Shown here piece after piece: positions 40,925 to 50,862 of a stretch of DNA of 64,000 nt (position 1 is its first letter; each line of letters begins with the position of its first letter). The notes under the pieces were generated by a model that did not search any database, was not told the DNA's origin, and saw only the letters and a program-made list of their open reading frames with translations. The position numbers were made by a program, and so were the translations under genes. The stretch comes from Promethearchaeota archaeon (GTDB lineage Archaea; Asgardarchaeota; Lokiarchaeia; Sigyniarchaeales; SOKP01), in contig JBHLPW010000005.1 in NCBI GenBank assembly GCA_048939015.1, positions 52,719 to 116,718 on the forward strand. The letters run 5' to 3'.

Positions 40925-41605
40925 ATGGCAATAAATAAAGAAGATCAACTTCGTTTAGAAGTTATTAAAGGAGCAAAAGCAATTTTTACTAAGGGATTAG
41001 TAGAAGCAGGAGAAGGTAATGTAAGTGTTAGAAACGGTAAAAAAGCAGAATTATTTATCACTCCTTCATTTAATCAATATGATACTCTCAAAAAAGAAGA
41101 GATTGTACAACTAAATTTTGAAGGAACTCCTTTAAGTGCAGGGAAATTACCTTCAACTGAAGCAAAGATGCATATTGCAATATATAAATCAAGACCAAAA
41201 GTTCAATCAGTAATTCATACACATTCTCCTTTTGCGACTACCCTCTCAATTGTACGAAAAAGTATACCAGTTATAATGGAAGAGATGTATATTTTTTTAG
41301 GTGGGTCTGTTGATGTTTCTGAGTTTGGGGAGGCTCATACAATAGAGATTGGAGATGTAGCACTAAAAGCTCTCGATATAAAGAATGCTGCGTTATTAGC
41401 TAACCATGGTGTTATTGTTTGTGGAAAATCAGTAGACCATGCAGTTAAGTTTGCTGAATTAGTTGAAAAACTTGCTAAAATGTATTGGGGGGCTCTCCAA
41501 ATAGGGGAACCAAATATTATATCAAATGAACATTTAGATCGCTTTGAAAAACTTTTTAATAGCCTTTTTGCCAATTATCCACGCCATATGCGGAAGAGGG
41601 CATAA
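40925..41605 (+). CDS. Class II aldolase (FucA-like)
   Basis: GEGNVS, ITPS, PSTEAKMH, HTHS, LLANHG. Confidence 0.9.
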   Translation: MAINKEDQLRLEVIKGAKAIFTKGLVEAGEGNVSVRNGKKAELFITPSFNQYDTLKKEEIVQLNFEGTPLSAGKLPSTEAKMHIAIYKSRPKVQSVIHTHSPFATTLSIVRKSIPVIMEEMYIFLGGSVDVSEFGEAHTIEIGDVALKALDIKNAALLANHGVIVCGKSVDHAVKFAELVEKLAKMYWGALQIGEPNIISNEHLDRFEKLFNSLFANYPRHMRKRA

Positions 41606-41623
41606 ATAAAATATAAAATTTAA

Positions 41624-42463
41624 GTGAAACACATGAATTTAGGTATAAGCAGCTTAGGACATCTTTTTGATTTAGCTAAAACACATGATTTTAAGGATCT
41701 TAAAGATTTACAAGTCAAGGCTTCAGAAAAATGCCTTAATTTCGCTGAGACACAAGGCATAGAAATTGTTGAATTAGTAATAGATCCTCCTGAAGTATTT
41801 GATAATGAAAACAAACAAAAATTTATTGACCTTATAAATTCATACAAGTTAAAAAAACAAGTTCACGGGCCTTATGTTGATTTGAGTTTATGCTCTTATA
41901 ATGAACATATATCAAATGCTTCGATAGAATCCTGCAGAGAAACAGCAAATATGTGTTATCAAATTGACGCTAGAATAATGACGATTCATCCGGGCTATGC
42001 AAACTTTATGTTAAGCTCAATTCGAGAAATTAATAAAGCACAATTAAAAATATCTATTCATAGATTACTGGATTCAATAAATAATCAGAAATTGCAAATT
42101 TGTTTGGAAAACATGCCTCGAGATGCCCATATTATGACTGATAGTAGCAATATTGAAGAAATATTTAGAACTATTAACCGGGATGATCTATTTTTCACTT
42201 ATGATACAAGCCATTATTACACTTGCAAGGGTGATGTGAATGATTTATGGGCAAAATATCACAATTTTATAAAAAATGTACATCTTGTAGACAATTTCTC
42301 GAGATTTTCTGATACACACCCTCCATTAGGCACGGGTAAGATTAACTTTAAAGAAATCATTGATATCCTTAAAAATTATGGTTATAATGGATCCTTAATT
42401 ATCGAATTATGTTCTGCCAAATCATCAGGTCAAGGTATTAATTTAATTAATAAGTATTTATAA
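41624..42463 (+). CDS. Sugar-phosphate isomerase/epimerase (xylose isomerase-like TIM barrel)
   Basis: VHGP, TIHPG, CLENMP, YDTSH, VHLVDN, DTHPPLGTGKI, LIIE. Confidence 0.87.
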   Translation: MKHMNLGISSLGHLFDLAKTHDFKDLKDLQVKASEKCLNFAETQGIEIVELVIDPPEVFDNENKQKFIDLINSYKLKKQVHGPYVDLSLCSYNEHISNASIESCRETANMCYQIDARIMTIHPGYANFMLSSIREINKAQLKISIHRLLDSINNQKLQICLENMPRDAHIMTDSSNIEEIFRTINRDDLFFTYDTSHYYTCKGDVNDLWAKYHNFIKNVHLVDNFSRFSDTHPPLGTGKINFKEIIDILKNYGYNGSLIIELCSAKSSGQGINLINKYL

Positions 42464-42504
42464 TTAATTTATAATTTTAGAAAAAAATATCATAAAGATT
42501 TAAA

Positions 42505-42897
42505 ATGCCAATAATATCTTTACAAATCAGTGATGATTTATTAGAAAGATTTGAGAAAGTTCGAAATCTAAGTGGATTTAGTTCAAAGAGTGAAGCCTTA
42601 AGAGGATCAATAATTAACTTCATAGAAAAACATGAAGAATTTGAAAATCTCGAAGGTTATAAATTGATGACCGTGAGTTTAGTATATCCTTTTAAAGAAA
42701 TTATTATTGATCAGATCACTGAATTATACTCACGATATCATCAAATTATAAAAACTGTTACAGATTGGCGTATTGCAGAAAAAAAAATTGAATTACTGCT
42801 GTTAGTAGGCGAATTTGGGGCTATTAAAGATCTTTATAAAGAATTAGCTAAAATTAAGGATGTTATATGTTCCATCCGAGAAATTGTTATTGATTAG
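42505..42897 (+). CDS. NikR-like ribbon-helix-helix/ACT regulator
   Basis: IISLQISDDLLERFE...GFSSKSEALR RHH motif plus an ACT-like C-domain; Ni-binding His residues absent. Confidence 0.8.
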   Translation: MPIISLQISDDLLERFEKVRNLSGFSSKSEALRGSIINFIEKHEEFENLEGYKLMTVSLVYPFKEIIIDQITELYSRYHQIIKTVTDWRIAEKKIELLLLVGEFGAIKDLYKELAKIKDVICSIREIVID

Positions 42898-42900
42898 GAT

Positions 42901-43764
42901 CTAATCAAAACGTAACGAAAAATCTACCAATTCAGAAGGAAATTGAGTTATTGCACTTGAACTTATTATATCCGGTTCTGAGAGTAGATAATCCATGAAA
43001 TTTTCTTGAGATATACCCCCTGAAACCTCGACTATAACATCATCTCTAAGATTGTGATTCTTTAATAAATTAATAGCGTCCTCTACTTGATCTGGCCCCA
43101 TGTTATCTAACATAATGATATCGGCTCCAAATTTTGCAGCTATTAATACATCATCTACTTTTTCAATTTCTATCTCAATTTTTTTTGAAAAACTATTTAC
43201 TTTTTTTGCTGCTTTTAATAATTTTTCAATATCTCCGTTGTAATATCTCAAATGAGTATCCTTTAATAATACCATATCATCAAGGGAAAATCTATGTGCA
43301 TCTGCTTGTCCTATTTCTGCTGCTTTTTTCTCAAAAATACGAATACCGGGAGTAGTTTTTCTGGTGCAGGCAATTTTAACTTTTTTTCCAGAATTTTCTA
43401 TTAATTTAACATACTTTCTCGCAGTTGTTGTGATTGCACTCATATGAGTAATCAAGTTTAACCCAACCCTCTCTCCCAATAGAATATCTCTAGTGTTACC
43501 TCTCAATTCTACAATAATATCTCCTTTACTCACTTCGGCGCCATCCTCAATTTTAAATGTTGTAGAAATATTTAATAACATATATAGTATTTTTAATTCC
43601 TCTAGTCCTGAAATATATCCAGCACTCTTTGCTAAAATTTTTGCTGAAGAGTGAGCCTTTTCTGGTATAACTTTTGAGCTTACATCAATAAACATACAAT
43701 CTTCCTGCAAAAACTCTCTTATTTTTTTCTCAATCAAAATCTTATTATAACTCATTTTTCGCAC
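42901..43764 (-). CDS. nadC: Quinolinate phosphoribosyltransferase
   Basis: ERVGLN, TRKTTPG, HRFSLDD, KDTH, IMLDN, EVSGGI. Confidence 0.95.
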   Translation of the reverse strand: MRKMSYNKILIEKKIREFLQEDCMFIDVSSKVIPEKAHSSAKILAKSAGYISGLEELKILYMLLNISTTFKIEDGAEVSKGDIIVELRGNTRDILLGERVGLNLITHMSAITTTARKYVKLIENSGKKVKIACTRKTTPGIRIFEKKAAEIGQADAHRFSLDDMVLLKDTHLRYYNGDIEKLLKAAKKVNSFSKKIEIEIEKVDDVLIAAKFGADIIMLDNMGPDQVEDAINLLKNHNLRDDVIVEVSGGISQENFMDYLLSEPDIISSSAITQFPSELVDFSLRFD

Positions 43765-43811
43765 AATTCTGTATAGTATTATTATTATAGTTTAAAAATT
43801 AAATAAAAATT

Positions 43812-44450
43812 ATGGTAGGAAAAGAATTACTATTTATCAGAAACAACGAGATTGAATTAGAAGCTGAATATTTTCAATCTAAAGGCAATCCAAAGAGTCC
43901 AGTAGTTCTAATTTGTCACCCTCATCCTCAATATGGTGGGAATATGCATAATAATGTCGTGTCTGGAGTCTATAATAAATTAATTAAAAACGATATTCCA
44001 TGTTTAAGGTTTAACTTCAGAGGAGTTGGAAAGTCAACTGGAAATCATTCTGATGGAATTGGAGAATTGAATGATGTTAAAGTATGTGTTGATTTTTTAA
44101 TAGATGAGAAAAATCATGAAAGAATAATAATATGTGGTTATTCTTATGGAGCGGCGATAGGGTGTTCAGCAATTAACCATACAGATAATATTATTGGATA
44201 TATAGCTATATCATTTCCATTTGACTTTGTAGGACCGAAGTACAGAGCTCTCTCTCAATCTAATAAACCAAAATTATTTATACAAGGTGATCAGGATACT
44301 ATTGCTTCTTATGAAAGATTTCAGAATAATTATAATTTTTATAATGTTCCAAAGAAAAAAGAAATTATTAATGGAGCTGACCATTTTTATTGGAATTATG
44401 AAGAACAAGTAGCAGAAAAAGTATTTGAATTTTATAACGATTTTGATTAA
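43812..44450 (+). CDS. Alpha/beta hydrolase
   Basis: HPHPQYGG, RFNFRGVG, GYSYG nucleophile elbow, GDQD, ADHF. Confidence 0.9.
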   Translation: MVGKELLFIRNNEIELEAEYFQSKGNPKSPVVLICHPHPQYGGNMHNNVVSGVYNKLIKNDIPCLRFNFRGVGKSTGNHSDGIGELNDVKVCVDFLIDEKNHERIIICGYSYGAAIGCSAINHTDNIIGYIAISFPFDFVGPKYRALSQSNKPKLFIQGDQDTIASYERFQNNYNFYNVPKKKEIINGADHFYWNYEEQVAEKVFEFYNDFD

Positions 44451-44559
44451 AAAATCTCTATGAGGAGATCTCTAACATAGGTAATTAATCGTCCTCTAGG
44501 TTTAATTATTAATTTTAAATTAACAAAAAAAGAAAAAGTAAGAGAAATATAATCATAAA

Positions 44560-44958
44560 CTATAAACTTGAAAGTTTTTCTAAATCTGCTTGTGAATTTT
44601 CAACAGCCCAATCAAGGAGTTGATCCAGATAACGTTCTACATCATCACTATCGGGAGATTTTGTTAATACGGCTAGAAGAAATTGGTTTTTATTATCTGG
44701 CATGATAATATTTCGCATAAGTATATAATCCCTTCGATATTTGATCTTCATGCTCAAAATTTCAGATAATGCTAGTTCCTCCGCTGCTTTATATGCAGAA
44801 TCACTTAATAATGAACCCATTGCAGCTATAACACGTTCATCGATTTTCTCTTCTTTTTGGGATGCTAAAACTAATCCTGTCGATGTTGCAAAAAGTGATG
44901 CTCGAAAATTACCATTCTCATTAAGTTCTTTAAGTACTAATTCAAGTCTACTTACCAA
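44560..44958 (-). CDS. Roadblock/LC7-like domain protein
   Basis: LELVLKEL...ASLFATSTGLVLAS...IAAMGSLL pattern typical of roadblock domains. Confidence 0.78.
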   Translation of the reverse strand: MVSRLELVLKELNENGNFRASLFATSTGLVLASQKEEKIDERVIAAMGSLLSDSAYKAAEELALSEILSMKIKYRRDYILMRNIIMPDNKNQFLLAVLTKSPDSDDVERYLDQLLDWAVENSQADLEKLSSL

Positions 44959-45040
44959 ATCTACACACTCTCTTTACAGATTATTTTGATACTAACTTAA
45001 GTAAAAAAAAAATATATTGTTGTAAATTATATTTATATAA

Positions 45041-45057
45041 TACTCATTACATGAGTA
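45041..45057. promoter_or_regulatory. Inverted repeat TACTCAT-TAC-ATGAGTA abutting a minus-strand TATA box (TTATATAAAT, 45031-45040)
   Basis: Seen directly upstream of the roadblock gene. Confidence 0.45.
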
Positions 45058-45176
45058 ATTTAATATTTAAAATTATTCAATCTTATTAGTAAATATTGTA
45101 AAGATACCTAAAAATAACAATCTGAAGAATTTTAGTTAGTAGATTTAACTAAGACAATTGAAAATTTCACCAGTTT

Positions 45177-45695
45177 TTAAAGTTTAAGATTAATAATAAA
45201 GGTTGATAAAATATCATTCTCATCAATTTTTAATGTAATTACGCTTGGTCGTGCTATAGGCTTCTTAAAACCAGGTTTTTCAAGCGGAGCTTTTGGCATT
45301 GTTGGAGAACCCGGATTTAAAAGAAGCACGTTGAAATCTGTACCTTTAATTAGAGGTTGGTGAGAATGCCCGAAAATTAAAATCTGGATATCATTCTTCT
45401 TAGTAAATTCTTCAAGATTTTCTGGTAGTATATGGATTACACCTATGTTGTATCGTCCAACAGAAAATTTTGTAAACTTGTCTAAATTTTTGATTTGGTC
45501 TAGATTTCCTTGAACACATCTTGTGTGAGCAATCTCCTTGATCATATCTAAAAAAAAATCCTCACATATATCTCCTGCATGTATAATCTCATCGACATCG
45601 TTAAATACATTTTTAAGTTGTTTAATCAAAGTCTCAATTTTCTCTTCATCATATTCCGTGGTTATATGTGTATCAGATATAATGCCCAATTTCAA
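45177..45695 (-). CDS. YfcE/MJ0936/Vps29-family metallophosphoesterase
   Basis: ISDTH, HAGD, GNLD, FGHSH, NPGS. Confidence 0.9.
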   Translation of the reverse strand: MKLGIISDTHITTEYDEEKIETLIKQLKNVFNDVDEIIHAGDICEDFFLDMIKEIAHTRCVQGNLDQIKNLDKFTKFSVGRYNIGVIHILPENLEEFTKKNDIQILIFGHSHQPLIKGTDFNVLLLNPGSPTMPKAPLEKPGFKKPIARPSVITLKIDENDILSTFIINLKL

Positions 45696-45709
45696 TGAAT
45701 AAAACCTCT

Positions 45710-46783
45710 CTATACCGCGATTATAAAACCTACGATAAAAATAAGAAATCCCATAATAATATCAATAAATACTCGAAAAATAGCATCACCTTTAGTTTTT
45801 TCAATCGATTGGTCTTTCTTAAAATATTCACTCAGCATTTTTAATCCAGTTGAAACACCTTCTTTAATTAAGGGAAAAAACCATACTAGCAAACAAAACC
45901 CAATTATGAGTAATGGGAAATATACATATATAGCTAGTAGTGTAAAACTAATGCCCTGAAAAAAACTCCAAACTACATGTGCCGAGATAATATTATTTAT
46001 CGCGTGAGCAATTATTACAGGAAAGAGCCACTTTCGTCTTACTACTATTAAAGAAAGAATTATCCCAATTACAAACGCTTGTAAAAACCACAATAATGGA
46101 TACCAAATAGGATACACTCTACTTATTGGATCAAGGAAATATGCAAAATGTCCTAATCCCCAATAAAGTGTTGATATTATTACTGCGGATATACTAAAAA
46201 AATGTTCACTTCCTCTTTTTGTTAATAAACCTCTTGAAATACTTTCTTCAGCAATTGCCACTGAAAACTGAATTATTATTGCTGAAATCAAGAATACATT
46301 ATATACACTTGATAATAAATAAGCGTTTGTTGAATTAAAAGCAAGGCTAAAAGATTGATATTCAATCATTTTGGGTATTAATAAATAATTGAAAAAATCA
46401 ATTGGTAAAAAAACTAAGAAGAAAATCAAGATCCCATAAAGAAGCTGATATTTATAATTCTTTTTGGTCATTTTATATAATCTCAAATGTCCAATTGCAG
46501 GTGAGACATCTTCTCTAATTATTAAATTTCGTTTTTGAGATTCAAATATTAAATTAGATAGTGGATATATTAGTGGAATACCAAGCATTACGAATAATGC
46601 TCTTATTGAGTAAAAAAGTATACCATAAATAGGAGTTCCCTCCTCTACTATTAATGGGATTAAGAAAATAGGTATAAGTAAAAATATAAATATTAAAATA
46701 AAAGCCCAAACAATTTCTTGATAAAAAAATCGAAATCTTTTAAGGGCTATTTCTTTCTTTCTATTGGTATTTAATCTTACCAT
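45710..46783 (-). CDS. CPBP (Rce1/Abi-like) intramembrane metalloprotease
   Basis: EESISRG (EExxxR), WGLGH, AHAINN; multiple TM helices. Confidence 0.88.
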   Translation of the reverse strand: MVRLNTNRKKEIALKRFRFFYQEIVWAFILIFIFLLIPIFLIPLIVEEGTPIYGILFYSIRALFVMLGIPLIYPLSNLIFESQKRNLIIREDVSPAIGHLRLYKMTKKNYKYQLLYGILIFFLVFLPIDFFNYLLIPKMIEYQSFSLAFNSTNAYLLSSVYNVFLISAIIIQFSVAIAEESISRGLLTKRGSEHFFSISAVIISTLYWGLGHFAYFLDPISRVYPIWYPLLWFLQAFVIGIILSLIVVRRKWLFPVIIAHAINNIISAHVVWSFFQGISFTLLAIYVYFPLLIIGFCLLVWFFPLIKEGVSTGLKMLSEYFKKDQSIEKTKGDAIFRVFIDIIMGFLIFIVGFIIAV

Positions 46784-46854
46784 TCCTAATCATTTAATCT
46801 AAATGGATAAAAAATTATTGAATTATAAAATTATAAATTTTGTTATTTAACAAT

Positions 46855-47808
46855 CTAAAGATTTATTTCTAGCTCATAACCAGTTGGAATACCGTTTCTA
46901 GCTCCTAATTTTTGGATACATTTTGCAGCAACAAAATTTCCTATCATTACATTAGATTTAAGATCTTTAAATTCAAAACTAAGATTTCTAATGAAACCAT
47001 ATATAAATCCTGCGGAAAAAGCATCTCCCGCTCCTGTAGTATCAATAACATGATTAACTTGGAGTGGTTTAATCAATTCCAATTTATTTGAATTTAAAAT
47101 TATAGCACCATTTTTTCCCATTGTTACTATTATAACTTTAATTCCTAAATTGAAAAGTATTTTTGCTTTATCTTCAATTATTTGATTATCTAAATTACTT
47201 TTTCTAATATGAAAAAGATTGTGAAATTCCCTACTTGACATTATTAAAATATCAATATTAAAAAATAAGTCTTTTATATTTTCAAAACCTTGGTCAATAA
47301 TTAACATTCCAGGATTCAAAATAATTGGTATACTACTTTCTTTACCAATTTTAGCTGCTTTTTTAAATGGAACTAAATTTCTTAAACTACTCAAGAAAAT
47401 TATATTAGATTTAACTAAGTCTTTTGATGATATATCATCTTCAGAAAGAAAATTTGCAGCTCCGCTGTATGCGTAAATTCTACGATCCCCTTTTTCATTA
47501 ATAGCCACATATGCCGACCCTGTTACCGCTTCTGTTGAATATTTTATTAAAGTTGTGTCCAGTGAAATCTCCTTAAAATCTTTTATAATTCTATGTCCAA
47601 ATTCATCATTACGACCAATTTTACCAATAAACCCTGTTTTTAATCCCAATTTAGAGCATGCATAAGCAGTATTGGCAGCAGCCCCTCCTGATAATAATTG
47701 TAAATCTGAAACAAATACTTCATCATCTTCTAAAGGGTGCCTTTCTATTTTAGCGATTATATCTACAAGAGCTGCACCAATACAAATAACATCAAATTCT
47801 TTAACCAT
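46855..47808 (-). CDS. PfkB/ribokinase-family kinase
   Basis: GGAAAN, GRNDEFG, VTMGKNG, DTTGAGDAF. Confidence 0.93.
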   Translation of the reverse strand: MVKEFDVICIGAALVDIIAKIERHPLEDDEVFVSDLQLLSGGAAANTAYACSKLGLKTGFIGKIGRNDEFGHRIIKDFKEISLDTTLIKYSTEAVTGSAYVAINEKGDRRIYAYSGAANFLSEDDISSKDLVKSNIIFLSSLRNLVPFKKAAKIGKESSIPIILNPGMLIIDQGFENIKDLFFNIDILIMSSREFHNLFHIRKSNLDNQIIEDKAKILFNLGIKVIIVTMGKNGAIILNSNKLELIKPLQVNHVIDTTGAGDAFSAGFIYGFIRNLSFEFKDLKSNVMIGNFVAAKCIQKLGARNGIPTGYELEINL

Positions 47809-47820
47809 TTACTTAAACTC

Positions 47821-49002
47821 CTAGTCGTAAGTAAAAGAACCAAATTCTGATTTGACTTCGAGGATGTTTTTACCTTGTATTGGAGATTTTTCACAATGTC
47901 CAATTATCTTGGAATCAATTTTATATTTTTTAACTATATCTATTATATCTAGTGCTATAGAATTATTACATAATAACTCCATTCGATGCCCCATATTGAA
48001 GACACTAAACATTTCTCTCCATTGAGTTTCAGAGGATCTTTGAATTAGTTCAAAAATTTTAGGAATTGTAAAAAGATTATTTTTAATGTATTTTATGTTT
48101 TTACCAAATTTTAAAATTTTAGTTTGTCCTCCTCCAGTATTATGAATAATTCCATGAATTTCTTTTCTATATTCTTTTAAAATATCTCTCAGGACTGGAG
48201 CATAGGTTCTTGTAGGTGATAATAGTGCTTTACCGATATCCAAATTAAGGTCATCGATCTCATCTGTTAATTTATAATTTCCAAAAAATACAAAATCCTC
48301 ATCAATACTCTGATCATAACATTCAGGATATTTGAGATAATATTCGTGTGAAAGTATACCATGTCTAGCTAATGTTAACCCGTTACTTCCTATTCCACTA
48401 TTAAATTCTTCTTCATAAGAAGCTTTTCCATAACTAGCTAATCCTATGATAATATCATCGGATTTAATATTAGTGGCATCAATAATATTTTCTCTTTTCA
48501 TAGTTGTGAACGCGGAAGCATCAATTGCTATTGTTTTAACAATATCACCCATATCAGCAGTTTCTCCTCCACACATCTTGACATTTAAGCCCATAGAATT
48601 GAGTTTTTCACTATAATCATAATATTCCTTAATAATAGTTTCGATAACATCTGCTGGTATTAATTTACTATTCCTTCCAAGATTATTCGAAAAGAAAACA
48701 TTACCTATTGCACCTACACATAAAAAATCATCAAGATTCATGACCATAGCATCCCGTACAACACCTTTAAAAACTGAAATATCACCTGTTTCTTTATAAT
48801 ACATATAAGCTAAACTTGCTTTTGTACCTGCACCATCAGAATGAAAGACTGAACAAAACTCTTCTCTATTATTTATATCCTCAACTATTTTACAAAATGC
48901 TCCAGGATATAAACCTTTATCTATCGATTTTAATGCTTTATGGACATCTTCTTTTTTCGATGATACTCCTAGTTTCCTATACAAATTGTTGTTGTCTTCC
49001 AT
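47821..49002 (-). CDS. purM: Phosphoribosylaminoimidazole (AIR) synthetase, divergent long type
   Basis: DGAGTK, MNLDD, GGETAD, GSNGLT, PTRTY, HNTGGG, FNMG; adjacent to purB. Confidence 0.88.
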   Translation of the reverse strand: MEDNNNLYRKLGVSSKKEDVHKALKSIDKGLYPGAFCKIVEDINNREEFCSVFHSDGAGTKASLAYMYYKETGDISVFKGVVRDAMVMNLDDFLCVGAIGNVFFSNNLGRNSKLIPADVIETIIKEYYDYSEKLNSMGLNVKMCGGETADMGDIVKTIAIDASAFTTMKRENIIDATNIKSDDIIIGLASYGKASYEEEFNSGIGSNGLTLARHGILSHEYYLKYPECYDQSIDEDFVFFGNYKLTDEIDDLNLDIGKALLSPTRTYAPVLRDILKEYRKEIHGIIHNTGGGQTKILKFGKNIKYIKNNLFTIPKIFELIQRSSETQWREMFSVFNMGHRMELLCNNSIALDIIDIVKKYKIDSKIIGHCEKSPIQGKNILEVKSEFGSFTYD

Positions 49003-49011
49003 TTTTTATTT

Positions 49012-50370
49012 TTAAAACTTAAATTTATTTTTAAGAACTTCAATTAAATTTTCTACTTGTTCTACAGCTTTCCCAATATATTTGTGAGGATCAAATAATT
49101 CATCTAATTCTTCCTTTGAGAACTTTTCTTGAATCTTTTGATTTTTAATTAAAATATCTTTCATATTTAAATCTTCTTTCCGAGCTTTTATTGATGCTTG
49201 TCTTAGAATTTCATGACCTTCTTGTCTTCCTATTCCTTTATTAACTAATTGAACCATGACTTTTTCAGTAAGACAAGCACCTTTCGTAAGGTTAAGATTT
49301 TCTGCAATTTTCTTTTCGTTGAATTCAAGTCCTTTTAATATTTGAGTTAATTGTTTTATCATGTAATCCAAAAATATGAAATTTTCAGCAAATATTACTC
49401 TCTCAGATGCAGAATTTGTCATATCTCTTTCATCCTCTAAAATTATATTATCTAAGGCGACATTAACATTAGATTTTAACACTCTCGCCAAACTACATAT
49501 TCTTTCTGATTTATGTGGATTTCTTTTGTGAGGCATAGTCGAACTTCCTACTTGTGTTTCTTTAAATGGTTCAAACATCTCTGAAATTTCAGTTTTTTGT
49601 AATATTCTGTTTTCTCTTGCAATTTTAGCTAATGTTTGGCCGATTAGAGCGGTTAAAAATATTACTTCAGCATGCCTATCTCTTTGTACAACTTGGGTTG
49701 CTATTAGTACAGGATTTAGTTTAAGCTTATTCATTAGATTTTTTTGGATTATTATTCCTTTTTCATCAAAACTAGCCATTGTTCCAACGGCACCAGACAT
49801 TTTCCCAAATGTTATTCGATTTCGGGTTTCAGAAATTCTATCTAGATGCCTACTTACTTCATATGCCCAAACACCAAATCTCATGCCATATGTGGTAGGA
49901 ATTGCGTGTTGACCATGTGTTCTACCAATACATACCAAATTCTTTTTATCCTCTGATATTGTTATTAGGATTCTTAATAAATTTAATAGAGAATTATAAA
50001 GATATTCTAAGGCTTCTCTTAATTGTAAAGCAGTAGCAGTATCCTCAATATCATAACTTGTAGCACCAAGATGAACATAATTACCCGCATCACCTTCACA
50101 TTGCTCTGCTAAACTCTTAACCATAGCCATCAAATCATGATGAATTTCCTTATCAATCTCTTTAACTCTTTTTAATTTTACGTAGTTTAAATTTGCTTTT
50201 TTACTTATTTCATCTGCAGCTTCTTGTGGAATATTTTTTAGTTCAGCATGAACTTGTGCTAAAGCGGCTTCAACTCTCAACCAAATTTCTAATTTCTTTT
50301 CTTCTGTAAAAATTTTTGCCATTTCAGTTCGATATCGAGTCTCTATAGGATGAATAAATTTATGCTCCAT
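49012..50370 (-). CDS. purB: Adenylosuccinate lyase
   Basis: HHD, HLGATSYD, GRTHGQHA, GSSTMPHKRNP. Confidence 0.97.
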   Translation of the reverse strand: MEHKFIHPIETRYRTEMAKIFTEEKKLEIWLRVEAALAQVHAELKNIPQEAADEISKKANLNYVKLKRVKEIDKEIHHDLMAMVKSLAEQCEGDAGNYVHLGATSYDIEDTATALQLREALEYLYNSLLNLLRILITISEDKKNLVCIGRTHGQHAIPTTYGMRFGVWAYEVSRHLDRISETRNRITFGKMSGAVGTMASFDEKGIIIQKNLMNKLKLNPVLIATQVVQRDRHAEVIFLTALIGQTLAKIARENRILQKTEISEMFEPFKETQVGSSTMPHKRNPHKSERICSLARVLKSNVNVALDNIILEDERDMTNSASERVIFAENFIFLDYMIKQLTQILKGLEFNEKKIAENLNLTKGACLTEKVMVQLVNKGIGRQEGHEILRQASIKARKEDLNMKDILIKNQKIQEKFSKEELDELFDPHKYIGKAVEQVENLIEVLKNKFKF

Positions 50371-50531
50371 AATTCCATCTCTTTTTCATTTGGACTTAAT
50401 TAAAATAATGAAACATCAAGAAATATATCTTATTTTATTGAAGATATTAATGTTAAAATAATAGTTTAAAAAATTAGAAATTTTAATCACTATATTTAAT
50501 TATAATTTACTCTGCAATTAATTAAGACTGT

Positions 50532-50729
50532 ATGAATAACAGAAGTAAATACTATTTTTTTATGTGTTATAATTGTGGAGAATGGTATTATAGTAAAAGA
50601 ATATTAAAATCAAAGAAATGCTGGAAATGCAACCATTCATTTTCCTTTAAAAATTCAGCTAAATTTTCAAAAATATGTACTATATGGGATGCCATATCAA
50701 TAGTTAAGAAATTGAAGGATAAGAATTAG
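50532..50729 (+). CDS. Small C4 zinc-finger protein (DUF1922-like)
   Basis: YYFFMCYNCG...KKCWKC. Confidence 0.65.
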   Translation: MNNRSKYYFFMCYNCGEWYYSKRILKSKKCWKCNHSFSFKNSAKFSKICTIWDAISIVKKLKDKN

Positions 50730-50862
50730 ATAAAGTAAGCAAGAATTATTTTACATAAAAAAGAAAGGTATTTAAGCTATTCTTCTCTTATTTTGATGAT
50801 AAACTGATAAACACTAAGTAAAAGTAAATATTAAGACTTTTTATACCTCTCTTATAAGAAAG

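Noticed and set aside
19265-43764. nadK and nadC as NAD-supply partners of the SIR2 protein
   Set aside because: Both are ordinary housekeeping genes in separate transcription units; proximity alone is weak evidence.
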